In this document: positions 24,090 through 36,737 of the stretch, piece by piece
How the letters are laid out: every line of letters starts with the position of its first letter
Position numbering within the stretch: position 1 is the stretch's first letter
NCBI RefSeq assembly: GCF_001194135.2
Contig: NC_068982.1
Span: 188,822,534 to 188,875,902, forward strand
Source of the DNA: Octopus bimaculoides
Lineage: Eukaryota
Direction of reading: 5' to 3'
Length of the DNA: 53,369 bases
Position numbers and translations under genes: made by a program
Notes under the pieces: generated by a model
Told to the model about the DNA's origin: nothing
The model's input: the letters and a program-made list of their open reading frames with translations, nothing else
Databases searched by the model: none

Positions 24090-25803
24090 TACAAGATCAG
24101 CTTGTTTCAGTTTCCATCTACCAAATCCACACACAAGGCTTTGGTCGGCCCAAGGCTATAGTAGAAGACACTTGCCCAAGATGCCATGCAGTGGGACTGA
24201 ACCCAGAATCATGTCATTGGGAAGCAAACTTCTTACCACACAGCCATGCCTGGACCCATTGAAGATGCTTACACCACCCAGGTTTCCCTAGCAACTACCC
24301 ATCTAAGTACTAAATAGACTCAACATTGCTTGACTTCAATGATCAGACAAGCACAAATGTTTTCAATATGATGTGGCAGTACATATATTATCATCATCAT
24401 CACTATCATTGTTTAACGTCCAACTTCCATGCTAGCATGGGTGGGACAGTTTTACAAAAGCCGGCCAGGCAGAAGCCTGCACCAGATTTCGGTGATTGTT
24501 TTGGCAGGATTTTTATGGCTGGATGCCCTTCTGTGTGTGTGTCTTTGCGTCTGTTTGCCTCCTTGCTCACTGCCTGACAACTGGTGTTGGTTTGTTTACA
24601 CTCCTGATACTTAGCTGTTTGGCTAAAGAGATCAACAGAAAAAGTACCCGGCTTAAAGAAAATAGGTACTGGGGTGGATTTGTTCAACTAAAACCCATCA
24701 ATGTGGTGCCCCAGCTAGGCCACAGACCAACAAGTAACAGAAGATATGAGATACAAGTAAGTAAAATATAAATAATATATATGAATGTGTGTGTATATAT
24801 GTATATCATGACAACCACACTCCACCCTATGTGTGTATGTTACATATATATGTGAAAGTGTGTGTGTATAAATACATATAGATAGATAGATAGATAGATG
24901 CATGTGTATGTAAATATACATATGTGCATGTATGTGGATGCAAGTGTCTCTGTTCAAACCATTTCTCTCTTATTTCTATTTATACAATCCATCCACCAGG
25001 GAAATGTCAGAACACATCTTTGTCTGGAATGGCAAAAGAATCCAAGGAATCACCTGTCATCATCTTCTGTTTCAAACCTGGAAGGGGAAACTTGTTAAAC
25101 TGATAACTAATTGCTATAATGGATAAGAGTCAGGTTGTTGTATAAACAATAAGACTATTGGGAATAGGTGTGGCTTAGTAAGAAAGAGAATGCTGATTGG
25201 TTGAAGTGGACGGTGGGGCGGAGTCTTTTCTGCACTACATAATTTGATCTCGTTTAATGAATGAATGAACATGTTTGCTTGTGTGTTAGATTCTACACAC
25301 TTCTAATATAGAGAGGTATTCAAACAGATGCTGGCATGATTGTGTGGTAGGTAGCTAGCTTCCCAACCACATGGTTCTGGGTTCAGTTCCACTGCATGGC
25401 ACCTTGGGAAAATGTCTTCTAATATAACCTCGGGCCGACCAAAGCCTTGTGAATGCACTTGATAGATGGAAACTGAAAGAAGCCCATTGTGTGTGTGTAT
25501 GTATGTGTATATCATCATCATCATTGTTTAACATCCACATTCCATGCCGGCATGGGTGGGATGGTTTGACAAGAGTTGGCCAGGCAGAAGCCTGCACCAG
25601 ACTTCTGTGACAGTTTTGGCAGGATTCCCTTCCTAACACCACCCACTCAGCAGAGTGGACTTAGTGCTTTTTACGTGGCACAAGCACAGGGGAGGTCAGT
25701 TTTGGTAAGGTTTTTACAGCTGGATGCCCTTCCAGACACCAACCATGTTACAATGTGGACTGGGTGCCTTTTAAGTGGCACCTACACTGACAGGGTTACC
25801 AAG

Positions 25804-25845
<42 letters not shown>

Positions 25846-26264
25846 NNNNNNNNNNNNNNNNNNNNNNNNNNNNNNNNNNNNNNNNNNNNNNNNNNNNNNN
25901 NNNNNNNNNNNNNNNNNNNNNNNNNNNNNNNNNNNNNNNNNNNNNNNNNNNNNNNNNNNNNNNNNNNNNNNNNNNNNNNNNNNNNNNNNNNNNNNNNNNN
26001 NNNNNNNNNNNNNNNNNNNNNNNNNNNNNNNNNNNNNNNNNNNNNNNNNNNNNNNNNNNNNNNNNNNNNNNNNNNNNNNNNNNNNNNNNNNNNNNNNNNN
26101 NNNNNNNNNNNNNNNNNNNNNNNNNNNNNNNNNNNNNNNNNNNNNNNNNNNNNNNNNNNNNNNNNNNNNNNNNNNNNNNNNNNNNNNNNNNNNNNNNNNN
26201 NNNNNNNNNNNNNNNNNNNNNNNNNNNNNNNNNNNNNNNNNNNNNNNNNNNNNNNNNNNNNNNG

Positions 26265-26440
26265 AGTGGGCCAGTTGATTAGATTGACTCCAGTATGCAA
26301 CTGGTACTTAATTTATCGACCCCGAAAGGATGAAAGGCAAAGTCGAACTCGGCGGAATTTGAACTCAGAACGTAAAGACAGACAAAATACTGCTAAGCAT
26401 TTTGCCCAGCATGTTAACGTTTCTGCCAGCTCGCTCGCCA
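26265..26440 (-). mobile_element. tRNA-derived SINE (family C)
   Basis: GCGAGCTGGCAGAAACGTTAAC...GAGTTCAAATTCCGCCGAGTTCGACTTTGCC...; further copies at 33480-33640 and 49120-49240. Confidence 0.8.
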
Positions 26441-28356
26441 AACAGGGAAGAGAAATCAGATATTGTGGATGAGAAGACAAAGTTTATTGGGACTTGGGAT
26501 GTTTATGGAGGACGATAGGGGCTGGGGCAGGGGGGGCAGTAAATGAGGGTCAGCTAATCCAAATGGAGGGAATCTGCAGGATCAAGAAAGATATTCTTTT
26601 ATTCGTTTATTTATTACAGTTGTTTGATTGTGGCCATGCTGGAGCACCACCTTTTGGTTGAAGAAATCGATCCCAGGATTTAGTCTCTGTAAGCCTAGTA
26701 CTTATTCTATCGGTCTCTTTTGCTGAACTGCTAGGTTATAGGAACATAAACACACCAACATCGGTTGTCAAGTGATGGAGGAGGTGGGGACAAACACAGA
26801 CACACACACATAAATATCTATCTATCTATCTATATATATATATATATATATATATATGACTGGCTTCTTTCACATTCTGCCTCCAAAATCCACTCACACA
26901 GCTTTGGTTGGCCTGGGCCCAAGGTGCCACACAGTGGAACTGTACCTGAAACCATGTGGTTGGGAAGCAAACTTCTTACCACTCAGCCACGCTTATGCCT
27001 ATGGGAAGAAATCACCATCATCATCATCATCATCATCCTCATCATCATCATTTAATCTCTGTTTTCCATGCTGACATGGGTCGGATGGTTTGATAGGAGC
27101 TGGTAAGGCCAGGGGCTGCAACAGGCTCCCTTGTCTTTTTTGATGTGGTTTCTACTGCTTGATGCCCTTCTTAAAGCCAACCACTTTACAGAGTATATCG
27201 GATGCTTTTTATGTGGCACCAGCACTGAGTAACTCTCAGCTGGGAGAAGGGAGTCGTAATGGTGGGGTGGGATTTGAAAGAATAATCTCAAACAAAGTAT
27301 AGTTGACTAAGGAGCACATCAAAGTGGGATGGACGAGGCAATTGGTGGAAAGAACCTGGCCTTGAAATAGTCTTAAAATATGATTATGATGATGATGATC
27401 AATATGATGATGATGATAACGACAATGACAACAATGATGATGATGATGATGATGACGATGATGACAACTCCATCTACCGTTATTGCATGATTACGTGCTG
27501 TTGGTTTGGTTTCCTCTCTGAAAGAATCCAGTTGTGAAGATTGCCACTTGATAACAAGAATTTTTTTTTTTTCAACTGAAGAAACATGAGAAGAATCCTG
27601 GGAAGGACCCGGAATATTTTAAGAGTGGAATTTAAAAGAAAAACAGTTATGTTATTTAATGGTGATAAAAAATGATTCTGAGAGAGTTGAGTCAATGACA
27701 ACAAAGAAGCAAGAAAGAGAGAGAGCCATGTCTGCTGCGATAGTTTATGGATAAATTTGATATGGAATATTTTATATTCTACATTATTTGATATTTGATA
27801 ATGTAGTTATTGCATTTTATTTACTATTTTTTTATGTTTTTAGATGTTATTTTGGTGTTTTCAGTAACGTTTATATTAGATGGTTTCTTTGATATCCTCT
27901 ATTTTCTTTGCCAGGGGGGAAAAATAACTCATTTCGTTTCTATATTTTTTGAAATATAGACTAAATAAATAGATTGTAAATGCATATATGTACTTATGTG
28001 TATGTGTGTGTGAACAAACCATTCATATACATATTCACACGTATACACATGACAACCATAGATATGCACATACACAATTATTCACTTCTGGTGAATTTTC
28101 AAGTCATATAAGCTTCTTAAATATCTATATGTAGGATGATGTAAGTGTGTGTGTGTGTGTGTGTACGAGTAAGTAAAGCTTCGTAAAATAAGCAACTAAT
28201 AAATATATATAAAAAGAAGAAACATTACGCAAATTTATGAAGAAGATTTTATTCAAATGTCTAGCAATATTTTTCTCTCTGCAATTCTGCTGTCAATGAG
28301 CAAGAGAAAAGGAATGAATGCCACAGCAATCACTTCTTTAGTTATAGCTTTGATAG

Positions 28357-28440
<84 letters not shown>

Positions 28441-28464
28441 TTAATTCTCTGTTTATTTCCTCGT

Positions 28465-28506
28465 GTTCCTTTCTGATGAAGAGCACAGGCTCGAAACGTA
28501 AAAGAC
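28465..28506 (+). ncRNA. Minimal type-I hammerhead ribozyme motif, all core nucleotides present (family A, PLE-type tail 28445-28600)
   Basis: CTTT-CTGATGA-A-GAGC-acag-GCTC-GAAACGT-A-AAAG; predicted GUA cleavage after 28500; one extra A before helix II. Confidence 0.8.
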
Positions 28507-28611
28507 TTTTTCATTTTCCCGAGCATCAAACTAATACACCTGCTTGTAGTTCATACACCCGTCTTTGTCTTTTGGTTTTCTGTAAATTTCAACTACAGAT
28601 ATATATATATA

Positions 28612-28873
28612 CAGCAAGAATAAAATGGAGGGGGTCCAGAGATGCATCAACTGTTAGACATTATATTATGTCTATTTATTTTAAACAGTTATGAGAATAT
28701 ACACACATGTTGTTCCTTTTCTATTCTAGAAATTGCTGGTACTTTATATATGTAAAACACAATCTTTACACATGTATAAATATTCTCAGAATTGTTTAAA
28801 ATAAATAAATAGACATAATATAATGTCTAACAGTTGATGCATCTTTGGACCCCCTCCATTTTACTTCTTGCCG
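28612..28873. mobile_element. Tc1/mariner-type MITE with ~90-100 bp TIRs
   Basis: TA-CAGCAAGAATAAAATGGAGGGGGTCCAGAGATGCATCAACTGTTAGAC... and its near-perfect reverse complement ending CTTGCCG-TA. Confidence 0.85.
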
Positions 28874-29052
28874 TATAAATTAAGGGAAAAACCACTTTTT
28901 ACCCTCGCCCATTTATTACATTCAGTAGTGTAATTTGACATGCAATAACCAACACTTGTGTATTAATAATTGGGTCTTCTACCAGCAGTATATCGGATAG
29001 AATATTATCCCTTAGTTGGTTGGATTCACAACCTCTAACTCTCTTGGAATTA

Positions 29053-29086
<34 letters not shown>

Positions 29087-29766
29087 GATAGATAGATAGA
29101 TAGAGATATAGATATGTTTATCTTTAACTTGTTTCAATCATTAGACTATGGTCTTGCTGGAGCACTGCCTCAAATTTTTAGTCGAAAGAATCCATCCCAA
29201 TACTTTTTTTTAAAGCCTGGTACTTATTCTATCAGACTCTTTTGCCAAACTGCTAAGTTACTGGGATGTAAACACACCAACATCACCTATCAAGTGGTGG
29301 TTGTGGTGGTGGTGGTGGTGGTGGTGGTAGGGAACAAAAACAAAGACACACACACCACACATATTTATNNNNNNNNNNNNNNNNNNNNNNNNNNNNNNNN
29401 NNNNNNNNNNNNNNNNNNNNNNNNNNNNNNNNNNNNNNNNNNNNNNNNNNNNNNNNNNNNNNNNNNNNNNNNNNNNNNNNNNNNNNNNNNNNNNNNNNNN
29501 NNNNNNNNNNNNNNNNNNNNNNNNNNNNNNNNNNNNNNNNNNNNNNNNNNNNNNNNNNNNNNNNNNNNNNNNNNNNNNNNNNNNNNNNNNNNNNNNNNNN
29601 NNNNNNNNNNNNNNNNNNNNNNNNNNNNNNNNNNNNNNNNNNNNNNNNNNNNNNNNNNNNNNNNNNNNNNNNNNNNNNNNNNNNNNNNNNNNNNNNNNNN
29701 NTATATATATATATATATATGTACATATATACATATGTACATACGCACACACACACATATATATAT

Positions 29767-30050
29767 ATTAATATTTATTGCCAACTATTGTGGCAGTCCA
29801 GAGAAATCGGCAAATGCTGCTGTTGATTAGCTCCGAAAAGTGATCACCTCTAGCTAGCTATATGATGCACAAATCTGCATCCATAACACCTTGCTGGCTT
29901 GGCATCCACAGACTGGTTTTGGGGTATTTGCCCCAAAACAGATTTGTGCATCATATAGCTAGCTAGAAGAGATTGCCTCTCCGAGCTAATCAATAGCAGC
30001 ATTCATCGTATTTCTCTGGAATGCCACATGCTGCCTTGGCAATAATTATT
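29767..30050. repeat. Foldback element (~110-bp imperfect inverted arms plus inner hairpin)
   Basis: Perfect 29-bp core TCTAGCTAGCTATATGATGCACAAATCTG/CAGATTTGTGCATCATATAGCTAGCTAGA; inner GTTTTGGGG/CCCCAAAAC stem. Confidence 0.85.
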
Positions 30051-30109
30051 AATATCCAGTCCTGCTGCTGTATCTCTCCTTTTAGAGAGATTTAAGAATT
30101 ATAACATTA

Positions 30110-30153
<44 letters not shown>

Positions 30154-31178
30154 NNNNNNNNNNNNNNNNNNNNNNNNNNNNNNNNNNNNNNNNNNNNNNN
30201 NNNNNNNNNNNNNNNNNNNNNNNNNNNNNNNNNNNNNNNNNNNNNNNNNNNNNNNNNNNNNNNNNNNNNNNNNNNNNNNNNNNNNNNNNNNNNNNNNNNN
30301 NNNNNNNNNNNNNNNNNNNNNNNNNNNNNNNNNNNNNNNNNNNNNNNNNNNNNNNNNNNNNNNNNNNNNNNNNNNNNNNNNNNNNNNNNNNNNNNNNNNN
30401 NNNNNNNNNNNNNNNNNNNNNNNNNNNNNNNNNNNNNNNNNNNNNNNNNNNNNNNNNNNNNNNNNNNNNNNNNNNNNNNNNNNNNNNNNNNNNNNNNNNN
30501 NNNNNNNNNNNNNNNNNNNNNNNNNNNNNNNNNNNNNNNNNNNNNNNNNNNNNNNNNNNNNNNNNNNNNNNNNNNNNNNNNNNNNNNNNNNNNNNNNNNN
30601 NNNNNNNNNNNNNNNNNNNNNNNNNNNNNNNNNNNNNNNNNNNNNNNNNNNNNNNNNNNNNNNNNNNNNNNNNNNNNNNNNNNNNNNNNNNNNNNNNNNN
30701 NNNNNNNNNNNNNNNNNNNNNNNNNNNNNNNNNNNNNNNNNNNNNNNNNNGACTTACTAGCTCCTGTCAAACTGTCCAACCCATGCCAGCATGGACAACG
30801 GATGTTAAATGATGATGATGATGATGATAATATATATATCTTTTACTGGTTTCAGTCATTAGACTGCGGCCATGCTGGGGCACCGCATTGAAGCATGTTT
30901 AGTCGAACGAATTGACTCCAGCAGTTTTCTTTAAACCTCGTACTTATTCTATTGGTCTCTTTTGCTGAACTGCTAAATTACAGGGGACATAAACACAGAT
31001 ACAAAAACATACTGACCCTCACCTGTTTCCAAGGAAGGTAATATTTCCCCCATGGGCCTCACATGTTTTTCATACAAACAAAGGACACCGCTTTTATGAC
31101 AATAACACTTATTTACAACCCTCACACAATCTCCAGGCAAAGAGACACAAACACACACAATACATATATGTATGTGTG

Positions 31179-31212
<34 letters not shown>

Positions 31213-31267
31213 CATACATACACATTATTTATTATTGATGGATATTTGTCCTCATCTTGTTTGTTGT

Positions 31268-31314
31268 TAACGTAACATTTCGGCTGATATACCCTCCAGC
31301 CTTCATCAGGTGGC
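31268..31314 (-). ncRNA. Minimal hammerhead motif family B, sense to the RGS pre-mRNA, mutated
   Basis: GCCAC-CTGATGA-A-GGCTG-gagggtatat-CAGCC-GAAATGT-T-ACGTT. Confidence 0.6.
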
Positions 31315-31639
31315 TTGGGGAAATTTTGAACCTGGGTCCTCATTCCTAAATGAGAAGCTTGCTTTCCAACTGCATGATTTCAGGATCTGTGCCACTGAGC
31401 AGCCCCTTAGGCAAGTGTTTTCTGCTAAGCTACAGAGATGTGAACACATCAACACCAGCTGTGAAGCAGTGGTGGTGGAGGGACGAAGATAGACACACAC
31501 ACACACACACACACACATTCTTTTATTTGCTTTAGTCATTTGACAGCGGCCATACTGGAGCACTGCCAAGCCTAATACTTATTCTATCAGTCTCTTTTGC
31601 CAAACTGCTGAGTTACAGGGACGTAAGCACACCAACACA

Positions 31640-32055
31640 CGCATATATATATAAGACCCGGCAAGCCAAGTGAGATCGTTGCCAGTGCCCCTGGACTGGC
31701 TCTTGTGCGGGTGGCACATAAGATGTACCATCCTGAGCGTGACCGTTGCCAGTACCGCCTGACTGGCCTTGTAGGGTTTTCGAGCGAGATCGTTGCCAGT
31801 GCCCCTGGACTGGCTCTTGTGCAGGTGGCACATAAAAGACACCATTTCGAGCGTGGCTGTTTTCGTGCGGGTGACACGTAAAAGCACCCACTACACTCTC
31901 TGAGTGGTTGGCGTTAGGAAGGGCATCCAGCTGTAGAAACTCTGCCAAATTAGATTGGAGCCTGGTGTAGCCATCCGGTTGCACCAGTCCTCAGTCAAAT
32001 CGTCCAACCCATGCTAGCATGGAAAGCGGACGTTAAACGATGATGATGATGATGA
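31640..32055 (+). mobile_element. Young RTE 3'-UTR retroposon with internal duplication and (GAT)n tail
   Basis: CpG-rich copy with duplicated GAGATCGTTGCCAGTGCCCCTGGACTGG block and tail ...cggacgttaaacgatgatgatgat. Confidence 0.8.
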
Positions 32056-32890
32056 TACAACGGGCTTCTTTCAGTTTCTGTCTACCAAATCCAGGCACAA
32101 GCCTTTGGTTGACCCAAGGCTATAGTAGAAGACACTTGTCCAAGGAGCTGTGCAGTGGGACTGAACCCAGAACCACATGGTTGGGAAGCAAACTTCTTGC
32201 CATGCTGTATATCTGGACTGCAGATAAAATGCCTATTGATCTGTTATAGCTAGACAGAGTTCAATTTTTTTAGAATTGAAGTGGAATAAAATCAATCAGA
32301 CTGTCTCTGATATGTTCTCGATATTTACGTCATTGAACCTACGAAAGACAAGTTAACTCCAATGGATGTATTACAAATTTAGAATGAATGCACACATAAT
32401 GGTGTTTACTTTGACAGGCGTGGCTTTGTAGTAAAAAGTTTGCTTCTCAACTGCATGGTTCTGGGTTCAATCACACTTCATGACACTTTGGGCAAGTGTC
32501 TTCCACTATGGCCTTGGGTTGGCCAAAACCTTGTGAGTGGATTTTGGTAGATGGAGACTGAAAGAGGCCCATCATATACATGTGTGTGCATACACGCATC
32601 TTTGTGTGTCTTTGTCTCCCACAACCACTTGACAACCAGTGTTGGTATATTTACATCCCTATAGCTTAGCAGTTCAAAAAGAGACTGATACAATAAAAAA
32701 AAAAAAGAGAAAGGAAGTACTAGGGTTGATTCATTCAACTGAAAACATTCTTCAAGGCAGTGCCCCAGCATGGCCACAGTTTAATTACTGAAACAAGTAA
32801 AAAAAATAGAAGCTTTTTAGAACCCTTTACATGGCAACCCAAATGCGACTAGAATCTGGGTTTTGTAATACAAAGCTGCCCATTTTAAAC

Positions 32891-32922
<32 letters not shown>

Positions 32923-33717
32923 TTCATCATCATCATCTTCATTTGATGCCTATTTCCCATCCTGGCATCGGTTGAACGATTTGAGAAGATCTGTCAGGTC
33001 AGAGGGTTGCATCATGCTTCAATGTCTGCTTTGCTGTGATTTCTACGGCTGGATGCCCTTCTTAATGCCAACCATTTTACAGAGGGTACTGGGTGGATGC
33101 TTTTGATGATGTGGCACCAGCACAGTGCCATGAAATAAAATAAACAAAACATAAAAAAAAATAAGTACATTCTGTCAAGTGGATGGCATAGGAAAGGCAC
33201 CAAGCCATAGAAACAGTGCAAAATTCTGACATTGGAGCTTAATGCAATTCTACAGCTTGTTGGATCTGGTCAAATCATCCAACCCATACCAGCATGGAAA
33301 ACGGATGTCAAATGATGATGATGATGGAGTTTAATTAGAAATATTGGCTTCACATTTTGGCACAAGGCCAGTAATTTAAGGGGTGGGTTAATAATAGCTT
33401 ATCTTAATGAGAATAATAACAATAATCCCTTTTATTTTAGGGATAAGGCCTGAAACTTTGGTCGAGGAGTGTAGTCAATTACATAGACCCTCAGTGCATA
33501 ACTGGTACTTATTTTACTGACCCCAAAAGGATAAAAAATAAAGTTGATCTTGTCAGCATTTGAACTCAGAACATAGTGACAGGCAAAATACTGCTAAGCG
33601 TTTTGCCTGACATGTTAATGATTCTGCCAGCTTGCTGCTTTGTTTAATTAGAAATATCATTACCAAAAGGTTAAAACAACACACACACACATGTATATAT
33701 ATTGATGCAAATGTTAC

Positions 33718-33878
33718 CTGAAAGCGGTATAAGGATCCATCTTCTTTGACACTCAACGATTTTGTATCAGTGATTGGGAAAATATATCCATAGTGACAGA
33801 GGAGGCTGGCTAAATGATAGACTTCATTGAGTTCTGTGATATCAAGTTTCTTCATCAACCAGTCAATAAGATCACTTC
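33718..33878 (-). CDS. R7-family RGS protein, DEP domain exon
   Basis: ttgttgcag|GA AGT GAT...TTT CAG|gtaaca; 161 nt, phase 1 to 0; (G)SDLIDWLMKKLDITELNEVYHLASLLCHYGYIFPITDTKSLSVKEDGSLYRFQ. In frame with the 47406 exon; GYIFP...DGSLYRFQ is characteristic of R7 RGS. Confidence 0.95.
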
Positions 33879-34044
33879 CTGCAACAAAAACAAAAACAAA
33901 TTTATAATAACAACAATTGCTTCTAATTTTGGCACAAGGTCAGCAATTTTGAGGAGAGGGGGACAAGTATTTGACCAGTACTTTATTTTACCAAGCCCAG
34001 GGGGATGAAAGGCATAATTGACCTAAGCTGAATTTGAACCCAGG

Positions 34045-34312
34045 TCCCCTGACTATACCAGTGCCCCCACCCGACTATATCAGTGCCCTCTGCCTATACC
34101 AGTGACCCCTGACTATATCAGTGTCACCTGCTTATATCAGTGCCCCCTNNNNNNNNNNNNNNNNNNNNNNNNNNNNNNNNNNNNNNNNNNNNNNNNNNNN
34201 NNNNNNNNNNNNNNNNNNNNNNNNNNNNNNNNNNNNNNNNNNNNNNNNNNNNNNNNNNNNNNNNNNNNNNNNNNNNNNNNNNNNNNNNNNNCCCCCCCCG
34301 ACTATACCAGTG
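34045..34312. repeat. ~19-22 bp minisatellite (GACTATACCAGTGCCCCCT) spanning a gap
   Basis: Five degenerate units before the gap and one after, abutting an RTE-UTR copy. Confidence 0.75.
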
Positions 34313-35224
34313 CCAGCTGACTGGGTCCTGTGCCGGTGGCACGTAAAAAGCACCCACTACACTCTTGGAGTGACTGGCATTAGGAAGGGCATCCAGCTGT
34401 AGAAACCTTGCCAAATCAGATTGGAACCTGGTGCAGTCTCCTGGCTTGCCAGTCCTCAGTCAAACTGTCCAACCCATGCCAGCATGGAAAGTGAACGTTA
34501 AACAATGATGATGATGATGATGATGATGGTATAAAGAGCCAGAACAAATGCTGTTTAGTATTTCATCTGATGAGCTAAAAATTCTGCCAGCCCACATCAT
34601 CATCATCATCATTTAACGTCCATTTTCCATGCTGGCATGGGTTGGACAGTTCAATGGAAGCTGACAAGCCAGAGAGCTGCACCAGGCTCCAGTCGTTTGT
34701 TTGAGTATGGGGTTCTACAGCTGGATGCTCTTCCTAATGCCAACCACTTTACAGAACGTACTAGGTAATTTTCTTTTTATGTGGCACTGGCACAGGTGTT
34801 TTCAGGTGAGAGTTAGTGACAGGAAGGGCATACACCTAGACAAATTCTGTTTGACTCATGCATGAGTGGATGTTAAATGATGATTGATGATGTGGATGCT
34901 ACAGAGCATGACAAGTCAGTTGCCTTCTTCATCCCATCACCATGTCTTGAAATCTTCACAAAGAAAAACTCCATGGAAAACCTGTCTCTGCAAACTTCCA
35001 GTGAAAATAAATAATGCATATTTCTCAGAAAGTTATCTGCCACCAGGCACACCTTGCAGGATGATTGCAAATAAACATCCTTGTCATACAAGTGATGCTG
35101 TTTGTTTCCATTCTTGGACGAAAAACATGTCTGGCTGTGAGGAAAGATTACCTTACCCGGAAAAAGGTGAAGTTTGGCAACAACAAGAGTATCTGACTCA
35201 TGCAACTACATAACAATGTACATT

Positions 35225-35610
35225 AAATACTCTTTACTCTCTTTTACTTGTTTCAGTCATTTGACTGCGGCCATGCTGGAGCACCACCTTTAGTCGAGCA
35301 AATCGACCCCAGAACTTATTCTTTGTAAGCCTAGTACTTATTCTATCGGTCTCTTTTTGCCGAACTGCTAAGTTACGGGGGACGTAAACACACCAGCATT
35401 AGTTGTCAAGCGATAGAGGTCGGGGACAAACACAGACACACATATATATATATATGCAGATATATATATATATATATATATATAATGGGCTTCTTTCAGT
35501 TTCCGTCTTCTAAATCCACTTACAAGGCTTTGCCCAAGGTGTCACGCAGTGGGACTGAACCCAGAACCATGTGGTTGGTAAGCAAGCTTCTTACCACACA
35601 GCCACTCCTG
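35225..35610 (-). mobile_element. SINE family A, full-length
   Basis: Complete head, (TA)n linker and 3' domain; low divergence from other copies. Confidence 0.85.
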
Positions 35611-36737
35611 CACCTGTTGATGATGATGATGATGATTATAAGAGAATATGAGACAATGATTCCTTGCATCAGCACAAGACATTGCAGAAGAGAGAAACGG
35701 TCGATTGGTTGATGGAATCAGACTCTTGCTAATGTCTGCTAGCTATTTTAATAGACTCCAGGGGGACGACAGACATAAAACTGACTCTTCCCTTTCCATG
35801 ATTGCTATCATCGCATTTCAAGATAACCGTGTATTTGTGCAGAACAAAGCTGTAAATAAATAATTCTTGTATATTTGGAGTTATTCTGTGATACCAAAAG
35901 ATAAGCAGGTCTGTGAGAGAGAGAATCACGGTTCTGTGAAATCATATCTTTTTTTTCTTCTTTGATTTTTATTCTGTTTTATTGTAATTCTTTTTTTTTC
36001 TTTTACTATGCAGTTGTCTTCAGTGAGAATTTCCATATATTTCTTTATTTATTTATTTATTTATATCCTGTTTAATTCAGTCTCTGGCAACTTTCTCCAG
36101 TTTCTCAAAGCAAAGATATAGAAGCAATCAACAGCACTGCTCCCCCCACCCCACCTCGTCCTCTTCTTCCCCTGCCCTGCTAATGTCTTCTGCTGCAGTA
36201 GGAGACAGTCTCACAAGCAATAAACTTAATCAATGATAACCTAACTGAGAGAATCTCAATGCAGATAAATTGCCGTTTCTTATTAAAAACTGTGCTACTC
36301 CAAGACCTGCCCCACCCGACCCAACCAAACACTTCTCATTCTTGTTATTATGTTTTACGTTTGTATTTTTCAGAAGGCATGTGGCTCAGTGGTTAGGTTA
36401 TTCAGCTCACGATCATACAATTGTGAGTTCAATTCCTGACAGTGCGTTGTGTCCTTGAGCAGGACACTTTACATCACGTTGCTCCAGTCTACACAGATGG
36501 AAAATATGAGTAGTACCTGTAATTCAAAGGGGGCCAGCCTTATCACATTCTGTGTCATGCTGATTAAGTGTGGGGGTGTAATATTAAGGGTGGTGTTGAG
36601 ACACAGAAAGAACAGGTGAATGGTTGAAGGGGAGACATATAGTAACCCTTATTTGAAAGGAAAGCTGATCATGGGGAAGATGTATCAGAACAAACCCTCA
36701 AAAGTGGTATGGATGGCTGTGTTATTAATATCCTGTA

